A DNA stretch of 64,000 nucleotides from Lobosporangium transversale (lineage: Eukaryota): assembly GCF_002105155.1 (NCBI RefSeq), contig NW_019029013.1, positions 310,001 to 374,000 of the forward strand, in the 5' to 3' direction. Below the pieces are notes generated by a model. The model worked only from the letters and a program-made list of their open reading frames with translations. It made no database searches and was not told where the DNA came from. Both the position numbers and the translations under genes were made by a program. How positions within the stretch are numbered: the stretch's first letter is position 1; each line of letters starts with the position of its first letter. This document shows positions 39,938-51,716 of the stretch, one piece after another.

Positions 39938-40205
39938 AGGATGACCTTCGCGCACAACAGGCCAAGTAGGGAGTAGAGCCGTGCCACAGGTCCTCTGGGA
40001 CCAAGGAAGTCTACTCAATGCTGACGTGGTTTATGAACAGGATGTAGTACTGTGGCAGTATGACGATGCGGCTTCGGCCGATTATTGGATACCGCTTTAT
40101 TTGCGACCCCAGTAATGGGGCAACCCATTTATAGAGCTAACATCAAAATAAATCCTACATGACCTCGTGGGTCCTTGTTATCAAAAAAAAAAAAAAAAAA
40201 AAAAA

Positions 40206-40857
40206 TACTTGTCATGGCACCCCCCTATCTAGCCCAGGGGCCGGGTTCGAGTCCTGGTTAAGGCACATAAAGTGAAGCAAACATGTGCCAGGTCAGGGAT
40301 TTGTCTGAGTTTTTATACTTTCTCTTCGAGACAGCCTAGTGTTCTCCGCTAAGGCTAAGATCGTGGGTGCACTACCCTAAGTCGCCTGGCTGGCCACACG
40401 TCTTAGTTATATATTCCACCCCAGCCGAACCAGCGGTACATCTGGCAGCACATCCCCCATCCACCCACTTGACTAGGACAGCGATCACAAAGTTTGACGG
40501 AGTCCAAAGTAGAAATTTCAGACCAATCCCGCAAGATTTGGGTCCACATGCCAGTGGATTTGATCGAATAGAAAAAAATTAAAGTCGTCCTAAGCTAGAG
40601 TCGGCACGCCAGCCTCCGCGGCTTTTCACGGGCGCAACAGGCCACATCGGAAGGATGGACTTCGAGTACCGATCACGGTGTACATTGGTAGAGAAAAACA
40701 TGGATACGAATTGGCTCTTCACAGCCATACCGTGCGAACTTTGAGAGTTTCACTTGTTTCATAGTTGAGGGCGATATCATTAATTTAGAGCGAGATTATG
40801 AAATAAAATTCCTCACCTCTGTGGGTTCTTGTTAACACAAAAAAAAAAAAAAAAAAA
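40206..40857 (+). mobile_element. Candidate SINE: tRNA-like head, unique body, LINE-like 3' tail, poly(A)
   Basis: T-arm and B-box CCGGG-TTCGAGT-CCTGG at 40241-40257. The tail (AAATAAAATTCCTCACCTCTGTGGGTTCTTGTTAACAC followed by A19) resembles the LINE tail (AAATAAATCCTACATGACCTCGTGGGTCCTTGTTATC followed by poly-A). No long ORF. Confidence 0.65.
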
Positions 40858-41770
40858 GGACAACCAAAGGATGGGGAAACAGCGATCAGCGTTGTCATGC
40901 TATATTCGAGAACGAGGTAGAGGATGATATTGGACGCCTGCTAAAGCTCTAATCAGCAGTGAGAACACATTACTTGTGGGCGTCTCAGAATAAAGTCAGG
41001 ATCTATAGTACAGATTGTAGAGAAGTAAATTGGAAAGCAAGCTTGCATATTCTTCACGATGGCAACACGTCTAAAGGTCCTTTCGCCAGTCCAGCAGATT
41101 GCCACAAGAGAGCTCACAGAATAAAGAGGGTCCATGGTATGCTTCCTACACTCACTTATATGAGGCAGTGGCGAGCTAACATCTAAATAAACCCTACATG
41201 ACCTCGTGGGTTCTTGTTATCAAAAAAAAAAAAAAAAAAAAGCAGTGGCGACCGAACCTGTATGAGACTAACAGGAGCAGGATGTGTGAACAGGAGCAGG
41301 AGAGCATAGGACACCTCTAGCGATGCCCCATGGCACTGGACGAGCAATTGAAAGGGTGGAAGTAAGCCATAGAACTCATCAAGAAGGATGGCAAAAGAGC
41401 CCTAGTGAAGGAGAAGAAGCTCTGAGAAGACAAACAAGGGAACACACAGGAGCCAAGCCTGAATAAAGGAGGCCCCTCGTTCAACCTGTAGCCGACAATG
41501 TGATTCGGGGCTCTTTGGAAGCAATGTTCAAGGGCTTCAGGGGGATTCGAAATGCAAACGCTCTGTTTAGTGAGGAAGATGCAAAGGAATGGAGGAACAA
41601 GGGTAAGGATGCCCACTGGACTGTCCAAGACTTGTACCGTGGTTTAGTGCCGAGAGAACTGACACAGAAATGGAGGACGAACTTCAGGACCACAGCATCG
41701 ATTTCAAGGTGTATTGTCTGCCGCTTTGTCAAATCAATCGAGGGACTCGGCAGGACTGAAGTCTGGGACA
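40858..41770 (+). mobile_element. Old degenerate fragment of the same LINE family (matches about 38824-39664)
   Basis: Collinear with the ORF2 C-terminus (RTHYLWASQN, HWTVQDLY.GLVP), with several in-frame stops and indels and no tail of its own. Confidence 0.93.
41175..41241 (+). mobile_element. 67-bp 5'-truncated LINE tail inserted in the old copy with a 10-bp TSD
   Basis: GCAGTGGCGA is duplicated at 41165-41174 and 41242-41251 but is single in the full-length copy (about 39133). The insert is the LINE's last ~47 nt plus poly(A). Confidence 0.92.
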
Positions 41771-44700
41771 TGGAAGATAATTCAAAATGTGCATGCGATA
41801 TATAACCATTTACAGAACGTATATTGAAAGGGATAAGATGGTATACGGGACAAGGGAGGTTTTGGAGGCACTTCCACTCAAGGAGGTGGAGAATTGTTGA
41901 GACTAAAGGCAGAAGTCCTTATTAATAGCTTGCTTGTCCTATGCAATCAATTGGGAGATGGGGTTGTTGAAGTGATCCAGGAATTTGCTTAGGAGCTCGG
42001 AGTGTCCTGTCTATAGTAACAAAAACTACAATGAAAAGAATAAAGCGAAAGATTGCTGAGTTGTATTTGCTTTTCTAACATTTTGAGATAATAGAGAGAA
42101 TAATAGAAGCTTGTCTCAATCATGTCCTTGGGATGTTGTTCCTGAGGTCCTCTCACTCTCACACTCTACAAGACTCAAGCAAGATATGCCATCACAAACA
42201 TCTCTCCTATCTAAAATACATGAACCCGTATGCATATGCTAACATGACTTTAGTCCATAGTCGGGATGAAATATCCTGCAAGTCAAAAAAATAGATCACC
42301 ATTTTAGGATGGTGACATTGCTACAAAAAGAAATTCATAATAAAAAATATGTATTTAGATATTAAAAGAGTGATCCATAACGAACGAAGGGCAGCTTACT
42401 GGTCGCCCTATAAAAAAGAAATTGCTAATATTTACACGCCATTAAACTTTGCCTTTCAAGTATCCCCAACGCTTGTATTCCGTTCTTGTCTTCGCAATTT
42501 AATATTGCACTTGTCTTCCTTTGCCCCCTAGATTTTTTGTCATCTTTGTCTGTTTAATTGGTTTAATTGCTGGTACAGGACAACAACGGTTAAAAGAGGA
42601 AATTAAGTTTTGATGGCCCAGGAACATTTCGATTCCTTAACCCTTTATCATTACTTTTATGCACTCCCTTATTTTAATTTTTTTATTTTTTTGCTTCTAC
42701 TCTTATTTCATGTATCGAACTAAGTAATTCCAGCGGCGTTATTGCTCACTCTATTGTGTGTGGTGGACTTGATAAGGTGCAAGGTTAATTCTTCACAGTC
42801 TCATGGTCTACGTCCTCAAAAAATGTTAAACGAGGTAGAACATTTATACTTCTTTCAACATTAAGCACTGATCCGTGTTAATTAACCTTGGCTGTAACAC
42901 AAATATTGCCTCTACTCTATTGACAAACTGTAATAGAAAAAACTTTAATCGGGATACATTCATTTACAATGTATTATATCTCAAATCAAGTGGTACAACA
43001 ACAACAGCATGAAGAGAATGCGAATAAAAAAAAATAAGGGGTGTCACTGCTTTTTCCATGCCAAAAACCAAAAGCTTTATTCATGCCATGTCTGTTGCAA
43101 CAATGCAACAGTATATATCATTGCATCCCCTCTTTATGCCTGTATGTTTGTCTCTGCTCTCTGAGCCATCCATCCTTGACTATGGTCAGAGTGGACCATC
43201 GTCTTTCTTTTGATACTCTTGTGCTTGCTCTCACACTTTTCTCGCTCTTTTCCCCTCACTATTAATTCAATAATAGTAGTATTAAAAAAGGGAGGCCATT
43301 GTCACACTTTACACTTACCCATCTACCTCATTCACATTTAGTCATTCCATTCGTCTCATTCACATCTCGGAAAAAAAAAATTGATTGCACTTTCTATTCG
43401 CTATCTTTTTTTTCTCATTTTTCCCAAATTTTGGCCGACCAATCAACTAATCCCAAAATGGACTGCGCGCTTGTGACAAAAACGCGAAGAAAAAGGTTTC
43501 TGCGCCAATAGAATGAGGTTCTATCCCGATTACTCGTTTAAAATCGAAAGAGCTCTTTTGGCCGCACATCCCACACATCCCTTGAGGAGAAAACCCGGCC
43601 CGAAGGCCTGGACCTACCTTGAATAAAATAAATAAACTTGAAGATGATATCGTCTATTGAAGAGTCCATTGTACCAGAAAGCACAGACACCTATTTTTCT
43701 CACTGTTATACCCTCTATATGTACAATATATACACTTTTATTCCCAGAGAAATATTTATATATAATTATTTGGGAACCAAATTCAGAGCAAAAACCAATC
43801 ATTGGGATATTGAGGCCAAGCATAGTGGCCTGAATGTATTCTTCCTGCACGCCATAATCCTTCGCCTTTATTTTTCAATTGTTTAAATTTCCCCCTCGAT
43901 CTCCTTTTTGCCATTTCTTCTTCCAGGGCCACTTTCCTTTCCTTTTATTTGAAAGGAAACAAGCAGATTGTTGGCATGTGCATGTCTCTTTTCCTTCCTG
44001 ACGCTCTCTCACTCTTACTCCTTCTCTCTAACCCCTTGCAATCCATGTCAATCCCAATACACATAGGTTAACAGTCCATATTATGCGTGGTGCACCACCC
44101 CTTCCATTTTTTTTTTTTTTTTTTTTTTTCAAGGGAGAATAATATCTCATGGCTCCTGGCCCAAGTAGGCTCTCTGGCTTCTCCTCTTTCTCTATCTCCA
44201 TCTCTGCACCTATCCTGTATCCCCGTCTGCCTTTGATTTGGATTTTACACCTGGCCATTAAGTTTTTGCTAGAGAAACGTTAGCATATATTCATCCAGTA
44301 CTTGTGCCTCGTTCAGAGCGCTTTGGGTAGCAATCGAGAGCCAAGTCTTGAGATTGATATAGCGAATGACTACATCGTTCTCAATAGCTAACGAACGTAA
44401 AAAAAAAGTTTTTGCATAAATTGTTATAAACAGCATAGGCCAAAAAGAAATAAAGCCATGTTGGGACGCGACTCAAAGCCAAGGTTCACTGTATTGTGTA
44501 TAAATGTGTGTATGTTTGCATGTTAGTATATGCTTTTGTTGTGGGTCCGTTTTTTTTTAGTTCCCTCATAATTTTTACGACTCCTGAAACGGGCAGGCCA
44601 TTTGGACCATATGCTTGTTATATTTTTGTTGACATCCGTTAGCTTTTTGGCCTCTTTCAAGACATTGAGCTGGTTCTTTCTTTTCTCTTTTTTCTTTTTA

Positions 44701-44846
44701 TTCTTCTCTTCCTGGACCTCTTTCTAATTACCCAATTCATCCTATTCATCACTACATCATTACATCGATCACCACTCTTCAAACCTATCGTAGCTCCTGC
44801 TCCTCTAATAACATCTAACACCCAATCTACTCCACTGTACCCTATC

Positions 44847-44964
44847 CTACTCTACTCTACTCTGCTCTACTCTACTCTACTCTGCTCTACTCTACTCTAC
44901 TCTACTCTACTCTATTTGCTCTATCCTGTTCCTTACACCACACTACACCACACTACACTACACT
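44847..44964. repeat. Compound pentanucleotide microsatellite, (CTACT)n then (ACACT/ACACC)n, upstream of the G-alpha start
   Basis: Tandem CTACT units at about 44847-44914 and ACACT/ACACC units at about 44935-44964. Confidence 0.9.
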
Positions 44965-45084
44965 GTGCTATCGCCGCCTATCAACAAAAAGGAAACCAAA
45001 CACGGTCAGCCAACCAGCGCGGCCCCATTAATCTTTCTCAATTGGACGTACCTGATATCAACAATAGCATCATAATAAATCATC

Positions 45085-47177
45085 ATGGGTTGCTGTGTTA
45101 GTCAAGAGGATAAGGAAGGCCGTCAGCGTAATGAAGATATCGAGAATCAACTCCGAAAAGATCGCCTACGGATGCGCAATGAAGTTAAAATGTTATTGCT
45201 AGGTAACCGAGGCTTTGTTATATTGGCCAGAAGTTTTGCGCTTCTTGCTTTTTATGTGTTTATGAGTGCATGAAGCATGCTAAACATCTTTTTTTTTTTT
45301 GATCAAAGGTGCTGGTGAGTCTGGCAAATCCACTATATTGAAGCAGATGAAACTTATTCACGAAGGTGGTTACTCAAAGGAAGAACGTGAAGCGTACAAG
45401 GAGATCATCTTTTCCAATACAGTTCAAAGGTAAAAAAAAAAAAAAAAAAAAAAGAAGCGCAGGAGTACAGGAGTACGGTGGTTAGCATCTTCTTTCCTCG
45501 CCTCATGTCCACTCATGGTTATAGTCTCCATATTAATGCATCAATACATTTGATCCTCAATGCTGTATTCAAATGGCAACAAAAAAAGACTTTCGCCCGA
45601 AAGACCCAAGGGTCAATGCGTCCACAATTTCCTTCTCTCCTTTTTCAAAAATTAACATCAACAAACAAATACACGCTCGATCCCTCTCTTCACCTCACAC
45701 GCATTTTCAAAAAGAAAATACAATAGCAAGCGTTCTATTGTTTCGTAATGCAACCTTTCTCTCTCTTTGCCTTGTTGTGTTTTGGATGAGGGGTGGTAAT
45801 AATTGCTATTAGATATAGCTGTTACTGGACGTCTGAAGGTTTCTTTTTATTATTTATCTGCAAACCCCAATATACAACATGTATCCAAGCAGTCTGAAAG
45901 CTTGTGAATATTTCCTTCTCTATCTGCATTTTATGAAGAATTGAGCGCTTCATTATAGTTCTTTTTACTTTTTAATCTCTGATTAATGAAACATTTGCGG
46001 CGCAATGGGGGCCTTAATCATAGAAAGACCCGATATCAAATAGGCCAGGCTAAGTAACTAACCAATGCTCATTTCCCTTTCGTTTTACAAAATTATTAAA
46101 CTTTGATGATGAACTTCAGCATGCGCGTGATTCTGGAGGCGATGGAAAAAATGGAGCTGCCTCTTCAACATGGCACGAACCGCAACTATGCGATTGTTAT
46201 CATGAGTCAACCTCAACAAATTGAGGGTGAGTACATGCCTCAAGATGTTGCTCTCGCTATCCAAAACCTATGGATGGACCCCAATGTACAGCAGGCATTC
46301 CAGCGTAGTCGTGAATATCAATTAAATGATTCCGCCAAATAGTAAGTATTTTTTTTTTTTTTTTCCTTTGATCAAAGAGAGAAAAAAAGATTATTGCAAA
46401 GTGGAGACCGCCTTTCTGATCCAATTTATTAATTTATTTACTTTTCGTGTTCCGATTATTTAATCAGTTATTTCGATTCGATTGAACGGATTTCCAAAAA
46501 CACGTACGTCCCCACAGACCAGGACGTACTCCGATCACGCGTGAAGACAACTGGGATTACAGAAACGCGTTTCGTGATTGGAGAATTGACCTACATAATG
46601 TTTGATGTGGGAGGTCAACGATCTGAACGTAAAAAATGGGTGCATTGTTTCGAGAATGTGACCGCAATTGTGTTCTTGGTAGCAATCTCAGAATACGATC
46701 AACTACTATTCGAGGACGAGACTGTTAACCGGATGCAGGAAGCCTTGACGTTATTTGACTCGATCTGTAATTCAAGGTGGTTTGTCAAGACTTCCATTAT
46801 CTTGTTCTTGAACAAGGTTGATCGTTTCAAGGAGAAGTTACCTTTCTCTCCCATGCGCAAGTATTTCCCTGATTATGAAGGTAAAAAGAAAAAGAAAAAG
46901 AAAACTAGTAGTTTAGAGAAGATGAAGAATGAGGGATATTAATCATTTCTATTCCATCTTTTTTTTTTTCTTCTTCCTTCACTTTAAAGGCGGTGATGAC
47001 TTTGACCAAGCATCACAATATATTCTTAATCGCTTCGTCAGTCTGAATCTTTCGGACACGAAGCAGATTTACACCCATTTTACGTGCGCTACCGATACTA
47101 CCCAGATCAGGTTCGTCATGGCAGCCGTTAGTGATATTATCATCCAAACCAATTTACGCGATTGTGGTCTTATGTAA
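45085..47177 (+). CDS. Heterotrimeric G-protein alpha subunit, fungal group I (GNA-1/FadA-like); exons 45085-45202, 45309-45429, 46120-46341, 46468-46880, 46990-47177
   Basis: MGCCVS lipidation N-terminus, [35 protein letters not shown], and C-terminal NLRDCGLM. All four introns are GT-AG and keep the frame. Confidence 0.96.
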
Positions 47178-47489
47178 AAAAAAAAAATTGCTATGCAAAC
47201 AAACATAAAACATGTTACGTATTATTCAGACTCTACTCTCTCACCTCCTTTGTTTCTCCTACACTGTTCTCCCCTTTCATCCTTACTCTCAAGTAATTAT
47301 GAGAGGGTGATATAATTCTCCGTCATATCCACACAACGTATATACCAATTTAAATTTATTCAAATATGTACTGTATTTAGTTTGTGCAACCACAGCATTC
47401 TATTTTGTGCCTGAAATTTTCAGTCGTAATAAAGTTAATAAAAAAAGACCATGGTTGTTTTAAATATTTTTATTATCTATATTTCGTGC

Positions 47490-48382
47490 TCAGCGATCAG
47501 TATTATCACCAAAGTCTTGATTAAAGGCCTCCAAGATTGCCTGTCCAACAGCAAGATGCGACTGGTCATTAGCATCAACATCGGCGTCAGCAGATCGGTC
47601 TTCCATCTCTCTAATTTGTTTGTCAAGACTACCATCATTGCCCTCAGAATTCTTATCTAATTCATCTGAACTAGCGCTTGAATTCGAGTCATTATCACTT
47701 GATTCATCGTCGTCGTCCGAGTCGCTGGAGTCATCCGAATCCGAAGAGGAAGGTTCATCAGATGACTCCTGAGAAGATCCCTCTTCGGATTCGTCTTCAT
47801 CTTCTACTTCAATCTTGCCATTGACTGCTTCATCATCCTCCACCTCCGTGTTCACAGACCCTATGGTGTTATTACGAGTGTTGTTATTCTTGGCTCTCAC
47901 GCTATCATTAACATCACTGTTCTCGTTTTGCTGTTTCTGTTGGTCAGTTTTCTTGAATAGCTGTGTTGGAGGCTCCTCAATCGTGTACTTTTCCAAAACT
48001 TTATCCGAAATGTTCTGCTCATGGTTGATGGTGGCTACTTCCGTTGCTATTATTCTAGGTTCTGTTGTTGTCGTTGTTATTGATGTTGTCTCGGCGTTAC
48101 CTCCTGCATCTGGTATTGCTGCTATTGATGAAGCTATATTTTCTGAGCCTGGTTCCGAGGATGAAAATGATAAAGAAGAAGGCCCAACGACAAGAATTGA
48201 GGGGTATTCAAGCACTTTCTTGAACTTGAGTGCATCTTGTAAAGTGTCTGTGCTCTTGAGAGGATACAGTGCTGGCTGATTAGCCTTTTGATTTCAACAA
48301 TCACAACCATAGTAGTGATAATTATAAAATAAAATTAAAAATAAAAAAATATCAGTATCCAAAACATGATTGACTGCATTGC

Positions 48383-48426
<44 letters not shown>

Positions 48427-49571
48427 AACATTACATGTCGCAAAGGGATCACAAAATAAAGTCGGCACCGATCCAGATTTGCAACTGGGTATCTTTCTAT
48501 TAAATCCTCCGATCCTTTACTATTTTCTGCTCTGTTCAATGAACCTTGAAGCAGCTCCTTTAACGTCAAAAGCTCCATATTTTTATGCTCCAACAGCCGC
48601 CTAGAGGGACCCACTGCTGGGAATAGCCATTCAATTGTCCATATGATTCTGCTAGGCCTATTCAACAACAATGAAACGGGAAAAAAAAGAGGTATGCTGA
48701 AAATGAGAACTGGTTGCAAATATTGAAAAGTTCAAAAATGAAGAGTGTCGTTTTTTTCCTTCTTCTTCTTCCTTTCACATACTTGTCTCTCCAATGAGTT
48801 TGATTCTCTTTTCGTTTTTTCAATCCATCTGGCATCCTAATCAGATGAATTGCACGTTTCCTAGCCTGCATGATCAGTTGCTTATCCTTATATGTGCCGC
48901 TTCCTTCCGCTCCCAATTTTTCCAGATCCTGTGCTGCAGATAAGGATAATTTTGTAATTGATTTGTCTTCCCCTTCTTCTTCATCGCTCGCAGCATTTCC
49001 CTCCATTTGATCTCGATGGTGATGATGGCGTCCACGCTTTGTTTTTGCACCATGAGTGCTGTTACTATCATTGACTCCAAATATGCGTTTCCGATTCGGT
49101 TTAGATCCTGCACCACTTTGCTTCATATTTTCGCGCGCTGCATTGTCAACTGTCCGACCAACTTCTTCCAAAAAGTTATAATCTAAAAAATCAAAACTCA
49201 AGAATTTGAGATTCATACTTTTTTTTTTTTGATAACGAAATATTTCAAAGAGAATTACCAAAAAGAAAAAAAAAAATCATTCATATCTTACCGCTCATCA
49301 TATCTTGTTCTGTATATTGTTTCCGTTCGACATAATGAGTCCTAGATCGAATACCTGTACAGGTTGTGTCGAGTTTATGTTGTTTTGAACAAGCCAATGA
49401 ACATGTCTGACAAAGACAGCGTGGACACTTGTATTTAGCTCTCAGTTGGCCACAAACCTCACAATCGATAATATCTCCGGTCGATACCGTGTCTGTCTCT
49501 TTTTCCCGAATTTGGATCCCATCTTTGACCACTACCTCTCGAGTTACAAAAGCGTTGGTGAAAAAGTCCAT
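47490..49571 (-). CDS. BCD1: Box C/D snoRNA assembly protein BCD1/ZNHIT6 (zf-HIT); exons approx. 49571-49292, 49182-48783, 48651-48435, ~48280-47490
   Basis: HIT finger CEVC...KYKCPRC...CSLACSKQHK..TCTG, plus DYNFLEEV, IWTIEWLF and VLEYP, and an acidic tail. Confidence 0.88.
48387..48423. repeat. (TA)n microsatellite in a BCD1 intron
   Basis: Perfect TA run. Confidence 0.9.
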
Positions 49572-49804
49572 AGTAAAAAAAAAAGAATCTCAATAAACAA
49601 ACACAAAAATAGATTATTATTATTTTTTTTTTAAAAAAAAAAAAAAAAGGGCCTCGTTTGCAAGCAATGTCGCAAAGGGTTTAATGTCTGAAGAAACAGC
49701 TGGTGAGAATTTAAAGAGTTCAGAAGGTAACAATGGGGATCAACAAGACTCATGGTCAAAACTCATTTGTTTCTTTTCTTTTTTGTGACTGTAAATGAAA
49801 AAAT

Positions 49805-49837
<33 letters not shown>

Positions 49838-49873
49838 TGGCGCATTCAAAATTATTTATTTTTGAGAATTGGT

Positions 49874-51348
49874 TTAGATTTGAATAAGGATATTGCGTTG
49901 TGGTTGCTGAGCTTGCTTGGGCGGTTGCGGCGCCGCTGCAGACTCAAAGACTGACGATTGGTCCTGAGGTACGGTCTGAACAATGTAGTCCAACTCCAGC
50001 ATCAAGTCGTAACAAAAGTCATCCAATTTCAAATCGTTTGAATCAAAACCTTTATAGATAGTCCCGCAAAAAAAAAAAGAGTTAAGTAAAGGTTCATTTA
50101 CATGTGACAGAAACCGTATGTCAAGAAGTAGAGAATGAAATTACCAAAAGGATCTTCAATCTGATTTCCAATAGCTTCGATACCAAAAAGCGTAAAGGCT
50201 ACAGCGCCACATAGAGGGATCGTCAGCCATTGAACATCCCGGATGGTTGTGAATGGTAATATACAACAGTACATCGTCAAGATCTGCTTCAGATGAATAT
50301 TATACGCCACTGGAATCGGCGTTAACAGAATCCGTTCCAGATTTCCAAAGCAATCAATCATGGATGACAATGCCATGGTGCATTGACCCTGATAAGGGAT
50401 ATCGATCAGCTCCTTATCTCGCACATAATTAATCCACAACGAGAGTTGATATGAGATTTCCAATGGTAAAGACATCGATGCAGTCGAGTTATCCCGTTGA
50501 ATCACCCAATCACTCTTCTCTGTCTGTAAATGTTGTCGATGATTAATATATTGAGTCCTCAGATTTGTGGCACTCTTGCAGGGGACAAAATCCTCTGGCA
50601 ACAATCCCTGAAGATCTCTGTAGGCTGTTCCGTACTCTGCTCGAAGGTGATGCTTCGTCGCCACCGCAAACGCTAAAAGCATGTTGATGGCACGAATCTT
50701 TTGATCATTGATTCCTGTAGGACCATCAGGTTTCTCTTTGATACCCACCCAAATCACACGAGCCATGTTTCGGATACTTGTATTCATGGTTGTCCATATC
50801 TTGCGACCTTCCCAGAATCGATCATATGCAGTGTTGGTTCTGAAGGCGAGAATCAAACCGATAACAATACTCAAGGAGCCAACTGTCGGGGGAGAAATTA
50901 ATAATAATAAAGAAAAAAATTAGACAACTAAATCGTAGATACCCTCCCCCATCTCAGCCATGGTCTCTTAAACACAATAATAAAAGGCATTAGCCATCGT
51001 GCTTACTGACGGATCCCGCTACAGCAATATCAATACCCATGGCCAGGTAGATATAACTGACTGTTATTGCTACCAGTGTCGTGAACAAAACATTTGGAAG
51101 AATAAGTGGAATCACCTATGTTTCGACATATTCGTGTTCCGAGTTAGCAGAGGAGAAATCATGATCTTTTTACAATGACATAGACAACGATAAATAGAAG
51201 CTACTATATTGTCCAGGAATGCTATAAGGCAGACTCGGAAAGAACTACATCCACATATACATAAAAAAAAGCTAGTTTATCCTACCGAACCACGCCAAAT
51301 GAGAGCGATAGGGTATCCCCATGGACTTTCAGACCTTCTTAGTCCCAT
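49874..51348 (-). CDS. Bestrophin-family (UPF0187/YneE-like) anion channel; exons 51348-51286, 51115-51007, 50882-50145, 50049-49874
   Basis: Motifs WRGSVIP, LILAFRTNTAYDRFWEGRK, LERILLTPIPVAY and IEDPFGFDSNDL. Confidence 0.92.
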
Positions 51349-51716
51349 CGTTAATGAGACTTTCTATGGCAGACACTCTGTGGTATATCGTATGTCGTAT
51401 GATTTCAATTCTTTTTTATATTCTGGGAGATGTATGCAATTAAGGTCAGTGGGGCTTAAAAAAGCTGATGGCAAGATCAAAGGGAATTGAAGAACAAAAG
51501 AGAGATGAGAATGAACACACAGGGCAATCTTTTCATTTAAAAAAAGAACCGGAGTAGCTTACAGTCTGCACTGGGCCTGAGGCCTTATTGATTGTGAGCC
51601 CTTGTCATCCCCTGAATTTGGCAAACTTTCAAAAATTAACAGTCATTGCTCGGTTACACCAACAAACTATTTTTTTTATCCACTTATCCAACTTCCATCC
51701 TAACTACAGTTGCTAT

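Larger units (their letters stand above)
32029..40205 (+). mobile_element. Full-length non-LTR retrotransposon (LINE, APE-RT-RNase H type), about 8.2 kb with poly(A) tail; 5' boundary approximate
   Basis: ORF1 and ORF2 with diagnostic domains, a structured 3'UTR (39938-40182) and an A23 tail at 40183-40205. It is intronless and lacks the host poly-A/T tracts. Confidence 0.95.

Noticed and set aside
40206..40265. A third functional tRNA gene
   Set aside because: Only a T-arm and an A-box-like piece are present. There is no D or anticodon arm and no paired acceptor stem, so it is treated as a SINE head or pseudogene.
40595..40720. HDV-like ribozyme resemblance in the candidate SINE (GCCA-GCC-TCCGC-GGC-TTTTCAC-GG ... 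CGAAT-TGGC)
   Set aside because: L3 is only 5 nt (7-8 needed), P2 is only 4 bp, and the only partial P1 partner (GTGAAGC, about 40272) is more than 300 nt away. Not supportable without an Infernal/RNArobo search on a family consensus.
41771..42010. Purine-rich segment after the old LINE relic as another TE fragment
   Set aside because: No alignment to the LINE in this window and no identifiable motif.
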